A DNA stretch of 64,000 nt from an uncultured Holophagales bacterium (lineage in GTDB: Bacteria; Acidobacteriota; Thermoanaerobaculia; Multivoradales; UBA5704): positions 1,504,001-1,568,000 of the forward strand of contig CAWJGT010000009.1 in assembly GCA_963842525.1 (NCBI GenBank). Reading direction: 5' to 3'. Below, piece by piece: positions 18,933 through 64,000 of the stretch. Below the pieces are notes generated by a model. That model did no database searches. It had not been told where the DNA came from and saw only the letters and a program-made list of their open reading frames with translations. The first letter of the stretch is position 1. Each line of letters opens with the position of its first letter. The position numbers were made by a program, and so were the translations under genes.

Positions 18933-20324
18933 TCAGACCTCGACGACGATTCCCTCAGTGGCGTAGAGGCTGAGGTTCACCGCCCCGCCGCTGGCCTTCG
19001 GCTGCATACGCAGGACCACCCCGGCGTACGACCCGGCGAAGACGAAGGGACCCCAGATGACATCGTGGACCTCGCACCCCTGGTCGCCGCTCTGGTAGAG
19101 GTAGGGGAGCGATTCGAGCTGCTCCTGGACAACCCAGGCGCCATCCTGCGCCAGCGCCTTGTCGACTGTCGCCCGCCACTCCTCGGCCGTGGCGAAGCGG
19201 CCGAGCACGACCCCCTTGCCACCTCTGGACGATGCCTCCTTGAGCACCAGGCGCTCCTGGCGCGCGATCAGCAGATCCTCCAGGGAGGAGGACCGCTCCC
19301 CTTCGAAGTCGACCGGACCGGGGACCACCAGGCGGGTCCAGGGCACGTGCCGGGCGATGAAGGCCCGCTCCTCGGCGTCGAAGATCTCCGCGGACTCGGC
19401 GTGCTGGGAGAGCAGCGCGACGTTGCGCTTGGTCGACAGCACCGACTCCAGGGGGCCATTGAGAATAGAGAGCTGGCCGGCCTTGAAAGCACGGTAGACC
19501 GGCTCCGGCGCGAGCTGCGACGCGAATTCGAGGACCGCCTGCACCCGACGTCCCTCATGAAACACGCCCTCCGGCGTGCCGGTCAGGTCCGCGTACCGGC
19601 AGACCACGGCGCGCCCCCGCAGGTCGCCGCGACCCGCGGCGGCGAACGCGCGCGCGATCTCGCCGTTGAGGAAGACAACCTCCGGATCCGTCGGGCCGAG
19701 CGGCTGGTTGCGGGTGGTAAAGGCGAGCGTCAGCTCGCCGCTGTCGAGGAGCCCCTTGCGCTCGAGGTCGGCGAGCAGGTGCAGGAAGAACTGGAGCACC
19801 GTGTCCGTGTAGCGCACCTCGATGCCCAGCTCGCGCAGGGCAGCGGAGGTTGCCGGTACCGACAGGTGCATGCCCACCAGCAGCGACGTCTCCCAGCCGC
19901 CGAGGTTGGGGGTGAAGTTGAACTCGATGCACTTGAAGCCGTCCGCGGTCTCGATCAGGTCGCCGCGGGAGACGGCGGTCTCGATGCCGCTCGGCGGGCT
20001 GAAGAGCAGCTCGGCGATCCGCGGCGGGCCCAGGCGGTAGAACTCGGCCAGGCGCGCCGGGTCGCCGCCGAAGATGCGCTGCGGCACGCTGGCCAGCAGG
20101 TTGAAGACGCCCAGGCTCACGCGCTGCAGCTCCGCGAGCTTCTCGGCCCCGAGGAAGGTCGGCCAGGGCTGCAGCCGGTACATCAGCAGGTCCTTGTTCT
20201 GCTCCAGCGCCTGGAAGGACGAGCGGGAGAGCAGCTCGGGGGAGCCGAGCGCCATCTCACGGAAGCGGAGATCCTGCTCGGACAGGGCCTGGTGCGTCGC
20301 ACGCCAGTCTGCGCTCTGGGTCAT
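18933..20324 (-). CDS. Circularly permuted ATP-grasp (glutathione/glutathionylspermidine synthetase-like) amide ligase
   Basis: SRGDL, KCIEFN, LVLKE..GGKGVVLG and WVVQE motifs; start MTQSAD with RBS AGGAG. Confidence 0.8.
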   Translation of the reverse strand: MTQSADWRATHQALSEQDLRFREMALGSPELLSRSSFQALEQNKDLLMYRLQPWPTFLGAEKLAELQRVSLGVFNLLASVPQRIFGGDPARLAEFYRLGPPRIAELLFSPPSGIETAVSRGDLIETADGFKCIEFNFTPNLGGWETSLLVGMHLSVPATSAALRELGIEVRYTDTVLQFFLHLLADLERKGLLDSGELTLAFTTRNQPLGPTDPEVVFLNGEIARAFAAAGRGDLRGRAVVCRYADLTGTPEGVFHEGRRVQAVLEFASQLAPEPVYRAFKAGQLSILNGPLESVLSTKRNVALLSQHAESAEIFDAEERAFIARHVPWTRLVVPGPVDFEGERSSSLEDLLIARQERLVLKEASSRGGKGVVLGRFATAEEWRATVDKALAQDGAWVVQEQLESLPYLYQSGDQGCEVHDVIWGPFVFAGSYAGVVLRMQPKASGGAVNLSLYATEGIVVEV

Positions 20325-20346
20325 GGAGATCTCCTGATACCGCACC

Positions 20347-20358
20347 AGCTTATAGCCG
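20347..20358 (-). promoter_or_regulatory. CGGCTATAAGCT -10-like motif upstream of the ATP-grasp gene
   Basis: Exact 12-bp match to 24143-24154 (+). Confidence 0.5.
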
Positions 20359-20426
20359 ATCCGCCATGGCTGGAAGGGCCCCGGTGCGCGACCTGGGTTA
20401 GACTCGGGTCTTTCAACGGAGCCTCC

Positions 20427-21545
20427 ATGGATTTCGGCTTGATGTTCTTCTCCAGCTCCGGCGCGGCTGCGGCGAACGGCCGCTACAGCCTGCTCCTCGA
20501 GGCGGCCCGCTACGCGGATGAGCACGGTTTCCGCGCCGTCTGGACGCCGGAGCGGCACTTCCACGAGTTCGGCGGCCTGTTCCCCAGCCCGGCGGTGGTC
20601 AGCGCCGCCCTCGCCATGATCACCCGCCAGCTCGAGATCCGGGCCGGCAGCCTGATCTCGCCCCTGCACCAGGCGATCCGCATCGCCGAGGAGTGGTCGA
20701 TCGTCGACAACCTCTCCGGCGGCCGGGTGGCGGTCTCCTTCGGCTCCGGCTGGAACGTCGACGACTTCCTGTTCTTCCCGGAACGCTATGCCTCGCGCCA
20801 CGCGGTCATGTACGGGCAGATCGACACCGTGCGGCGCCTGTGGCGCGGGGAAGAGCTGGAGCTGGCCAACAGCTTGGGCAAGCCGGTCCGGGTCGCGCTC
20901 TACCCGAAGCCGGTGCAGCCGGAGCTGCCGGTCTGGATCACCTCCTCGGGCAACGTCGAGACCTTCGTCAGAGCCGGTGTCCACGGCGCCAACGTGTTGA
21001 CCCACCTGATCGGGCAGACCGCCGACCAGCTCGCCGGCAAGATCGAGCGCTATCGCGCCGCGCTGGCCGAGCACCAGGGGCCGCAGGCCCGGGGCAAGGT
21101 CACGTTGATGCTCCACACCTGCCTGGGCGCCGACCGCGAGGAGGTCAAGGCGCGAGTGCGGACGCCGTTGCGCGAATACCTGCGCTCCGCGGTCAGCCTG
21201 GAGCAGCTCGCGGCCCTGGGCGGCGGGACGATCAGCGGCGGGCACCAGATCCAGGCGCAGGAGATCCCGCCGGCGGTCCTCGAGGAGCTGCTCGACGTCA
21301 CCTTCGAGCGCTACGTCGAGACCGCCTCCCTGATCGGCACGCCGGCCAGCTGCGAGCCTCTCCTCTGGCGCTGCGAGGAGATCGGCGTTGACGAGATCGC
21401 CTGCCTGGTGGACTTCCTCGACGACCCGGCCGCGGTGATGGCGGGCCTGCCGTACCTCGCGGAGCTGCGCGAGACCTTCGCCGACCCGGCAGGGCCCGGA
21501 GGCCTCGATCCCGTCCGTGCGCTGCTCGAGGGCTTCGAAGGATGA
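20427..21545 (+). CDS. MupA/Atu3671-family FMN-dependent luciferase-like monooxygenase
   Basis: MDFGLMFF, AVWTPERHFHEFGG, AEEWSIVDNLSGGR, GANVLTHL, GVDEIACLVDF. Confidence 0.93.
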   Translation: MDFGLMFFSSSGAAAANGRYSLLLEAARYADEHGFRAVWTPERHFHEFGGLFPSPAVVSAALAMITRQLEIRAGSLISPLHQAIRIAEEWSIVDNLSGGRVAVSFGSGWNVDDFLFFPERYASRHAVMYGQIDTVRRLWRGEELELANSLGKPVRVALYPKPVQPELPVWITSSGNVETFVRAGVHGANVLTHLIGQTADQLAGKIERYRAALAEHQGPQARGKVTLMLHTCLGADREEVKARVRTPLREYLRSAVSLEQLAALGGGTISGGHQIQAQEIPPAVLEELLDVTFERYVETASLIGTPASCEPLLWRCEEIGVDEIACLVDFLDDPAAVMAGLPYLAELRETFADPAGPGGLDPVRALLEGFEG

Positions 21546-24115
21546 CGCCGCCGGACGCCTCTGCGCACCGGGTCGCCCTCCCCGGCTCCGGCGGGCAATG
21601 GGCCGTCTGGCGCCGCCTCTGCGTGCGCGGCGCCGGCTTCCCCGTGGCCGGCGTGCTGCGCCTCGCCTCGCCGCTCGCCGCCGCCGCGGCCGACCGTCTC
21701 AACGCCGCCGAGGCCGAGGCCGAGCGCCGCCGCCTCGCCGCGGTGGAGGCGGTCGGCGCCGCCATGGAGGGTGTCCTGGAGAGCGCCGGCCGCGACGCCT
21801 TCAAAGGTCTGCTCAAGGCGATCCAGAAGCTCAACAAGGGGAAGGTCCCCCCGGGCGACGGCCTGCCGGCCGCGGCCGCCGCCGCCGTGGCGGCCTACGG
21901 CGCTGCGAGCGGGGAGGCCGGGAGGCTTCAGGAGGAGTACCTCGCCGTTGCGGCGGCCGAAGAGCGGCGGCTCGCGGGCGAGCTGCGCGCGGTCGCCCGC
22001 GAGCCGCGGTTCCGCGAAGCCGTCCTCTGGCAGAACCGCCACGTGCTCAAGGCCGGGATCGACAGCTTCCTGCGGCAGGAGGCGAGCGGGCGGCGATCGT
22101 CGAAGGAGCGCCAGAATGAGCTGGCGGTCACCTCCTACCTCCAGCGCTTCTGCACCAAGAACGACACCATTGGATTCTTCGGCCCGGTCGGCTGGGGGAC
22201 GCTGGGAGAGGAGGACGAGCCGCTCGCGGTCACCCACGGCCCCGGCTTCCTCGCCGCGCGCAGAGTCTTCTTCGAGGGGTGGAGCGTCGACGCCCTGGCC
22301 GAGCTGCTGGCGCGCGATCCGGAGCTGCGCCCCGGCCTCCCGCCGCGCCGGGGCATCTTCGTGCGCTCCGACGGCGAGGTGATGGGCCGGGGGGCCCGGC
22401 CGCTGCCGGCGCCCGCGCGCGCCCTGCTCGCCCTCTGCGACGGCGGCACCCCCGCCCGCGAGGTAGCGCGCCGCCTGGTCGCGGCGGGGACCTTCCCGGA
22501 CGCCGAGGCGGTCTACGGTGCGCTCGACCAGCTGTGCGCCGCCGGCCTCGTCCGCTGGGGCTTCGAGCTCCCCCTGGTGCTGGAGCCCGAGCGCGTCCTG
22601 CGGGAGCAGATCGAGGCCCTGGAGCCCGGAGAAGCGCGCGACCGGGCGCTCGCTACCCTCGGGGAGATGGAGGCGGCCCGCCGCGCGGTGGCACATGCCG
22701 CCGGCGACGAGCGGGCGCTGGACGCGGCGCTGCACGAGCTGGAGGATCGCTTCACCCGCCTGAGCGGCCTGGGCGCGACCCGCGGCCATGGCGAGACCTA
22801 CGCCGGCAGGACCCTGGTCTACGAGGACTGCCGCCGCGGTTCCGAAGTCGCCCTGGGCCGGGAGGTCCTCGACGCCCTGGGGCCGCCGCTGGCGCTGGTG
22901 CTGGCCAGCGCCCGCTGGCTGACCCACGCCGCGGCCGAGCTCCACCGCGCCTACTTCGACGAGGTCTACCAGCGGCTGCGCCAGGAGACCGGCGGTGCCC
23001 GGGTGGACCTGGCGACCTTCTGCCGCCGGGCGCTGCCGGCCATGGTCGGGCCGCAGAACCTGGTCGTCCGGCAGCTCCTGCCGGAATTCCGGCGTCGTTG
23101 GACGGAGGCGCTCGCGCTGCCCGACGACGGCCGCCGGCGGGTGAGCTACACCGCCGAGGAGCTGCGCCCGCGCCTGCTGCGCGCCTTCGACGCGCCGGGG
23201 CCGGGCTGGACCATCGCGCGGCACCACAGCCCGGACGTGCTGCTCGCCGCCCGCGGGCCCGAGGCGGTCCGGCGCGGCGACTTCCAGTTCGTCCTCGGCG
23301 AGCTGCACCTCGGCACCAACACTCTCAGCACCAACCTCTTCGTCGGCCAGCACCCATCCCCGGCGGACCTCTTCGCCGCCATGGAACGGGACCTGCCGGA
23401 GCCGTGCGTGTTCCCCACCCTGCCCAAGGTCTGGCAGCAGCAGCAGTCCGACGCGCTCCTCGGTGTCCCCTTGCAGGGGCTGACCGGCCGGCTGTACTTC
23501 GGCCTCGCGACCGGCAAGGACCTCTTCATCGAGGTCACCCCGGCGCCCCCGGGGCTGCCGAGCTCGCAGGTGCTGTCGGTCGCGGAGCTCGCGGTCGAGC
23601 CCGGCGCCCGCGGCCTGCAGGTGGTGAGCCGGACGGGCCGTTGCTTCGACCTGCTCGACTTCCTGCAGACCGCGATCACCTCCCAGATCGTGGGCGCCTT
23701 CCGGCTCTTCCCGGCGCGGTCCCATCTGCCGCGGGTCACCGTCGACCGTCTGGTCCTGTCGCGGGAGTCCTGGGCCTTGCGCGCCGGCGACCTGGAGTTC
23801 GCCCAGGCAGCGACGGAAGCCGCCCGCTTCGCGGGGGCGCGCCGCTGGGCCGCCCGCCTCGACCTGCCACGCTTCCTGTTCGTCAAGACACCCTATGAAA
23901 CAAAGCCGTTCTATCTCGATCTCGAGAGCCCCCCGTCTGTCGAGATCTCCGCCCGCGAGGTGCGGCGGGCGTCGGACAAGAGCGAAGGGAAGGGGGCGGT
24001 CCGTCTGAGCGAGATGCTGCCCGCGCCCGACGAGGCCTGGCTGCCCGACGCCCAGGGGGACCTCTACGCGAGCGAGCTGCGGATGGTGGCGGTGGACCTC
24101 GCCGGGAGGGGCTGA
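21542..24115 (+). CDS. PEARL / small LanB (lantibiotic dehydratase glutamylation domain only; peptide aminoacyl-tRNA ligase)
   Basis: FREAVLWQN, YLQRFCTKNDTIGFFGPVGW, GRTLVYEDC, HHSPD, LGELH, PRVTVDRLV..RESW, KPFYLD, SEMLP, ELRMVAVD at the C-terminus; 857 aa with no elimination domain. Confidence 0.9.
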   Translation: MTPPDASAHRVALPGSGGQWAVWRRLCVRGAGFPVAGVLRLASPLAAAAADRLNAAEAEAERRRLAAVEAVGAAMEGVLESAGRDAFKGLLKAIQKLNKGKVPPGDGLPAAAAAAVAAYGAASGEAGRLQEEYLAVAAAEERRLAGELRAVAREPRFREAVLWQNRHVLKAGIDSFLRQEASGRRSSKERQNELAVTSYLQRFCTKNDTIGFFGPVGWGTLGEEDEPLAVTHGPGFLAARRVFFEGWSVDALAELLARDPELRPGLPPRRGIFVRSDGEVMGRGARPLPAPARALLALCDGGTPAREVARRLVAAGTFPDAEAVYGALDQLCAAGLVRWGFELPLVLEPERVLREQIEALEPGEARDRALATLGEMEAARRAVAHAAGDERALDAALHELEDRFTRLSGLGATRGHGETYAGRTLVYEDCRRGSEVALGREVLDALGPPLALVLASARWLTHAAAELHRAYFDEVYQRLRQETGGARVDLATFCRRALPAMVGPQNLVVRQLLPEFRRRWTEALALPDDGRRRVSYTAEELRPRLLRAFDAPGPGWTIARHHSPDVLLAARGPEAVRRGDFQFVLGELHLGTNTLSTNLFVGQHPSPADLFAAMERDLPEPCVFPTLPKVWQQQQSDALLGVPLQGLTGRLYFGLATGKDLFIEVTPAPPGLPSSQVLSVAELAVEPGARGLQVVSRTGRCFDLLDFLQTAITSQIVGAFRLFPARSHLPRVTVDRLVLSRESWALRAGDLEFAQAATEAARFAGARRWAARLDLPRFLFVKTPYETKPFYLDLESPPSVEISAREVRRASDKSEGKGAVRLSEMLPAPDEAWLPDAQGDLYASELRMVAVDLAGRG

Positions 24116-24142
24116 GCCGGCCGCTGCTGCGGAGCTGGAAAC

Positions 24143-24159
24143 CGGCTATAAGCTATAAT
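24143..24159 (+). promoter_or_regulatory. Putative -10 region (CGGCTATAAGCTATAAT) upstream of the first NRPS
   Basis: TATAAT at 24154-24159 in a short AT-rich gap, ~30 bp before the GTG start. Confidence 0.5.
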
Positions 24160-24186
24160 CAGTTTTCCTTTCCGGAAGGATGTGGA

Positions 24187-64000
<39,814 letters not shown>

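Noticed and set aside
18933-21545. Extended 770-aa and 826-aa overlapping ORFs
   Set aside because: Each extension is the shadow of the opposite gene; the real starts are 20324 (-) and 20427 (+).
21542-24115. Class I lanthipeptide or thiopeptide cluster
   Set aside because: No elimination domain, LanC, YcaO or Cys/Ser-rich precursor in the window; the motifs fit a PEARL.

Overview
High-GC bacterial window; TPR remnants and gene style suggest Acidobacteriota/Thermoanaerobaculia (inference). It has three parts. (1) 1-5.3 kb: an iron/heme-uptake-like neighbourhood with a truncated TonB-dependent receptor, an M16 peptidase pair and a ChaN-PDZ protein, ending in tRNA-Leu(TAA). (2) 5.3-16.5 kb: a decayed integrative island at tRNA-Leu. 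It holds a tyrosine integrase, an excisionase-like gene, IS701 with a nonsense mutation, a CHAT-domain pseudogene, a DUF6431/DDE/ExeA-type transposon, IS256, a tRNA-Thr 3' att fragment and arm-type repeats. (3) 17.3 kb to the window end: a large hybrid NRPS/PKS lipopeptide cluster. Its upstream genes encode a DUF3326 protein, a circularly permuted ATP-grasp ligase, a stand-alone luciferase-like monooxygenase and a PEARL-type (glutamylation-domain-only LanB) peptide aminoacyl-tRNA ligase; no precursor peptide is visible. Predicted assembly line, with codes read by eye: fatty acyl-Ala-Phe-Gly*-malonyl-Asx/Glx-Ser-Gly-malonyl-Ala-Asx-Pro-like, continuing beyond the window. The A domain for Gly* is interrupted twice, by an LLM monooxygenase and an FkbM-type methyltransferase. 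The best candidate for an undescribed system is this NRPS/PKS + PEARL + ATP-grasp combination.
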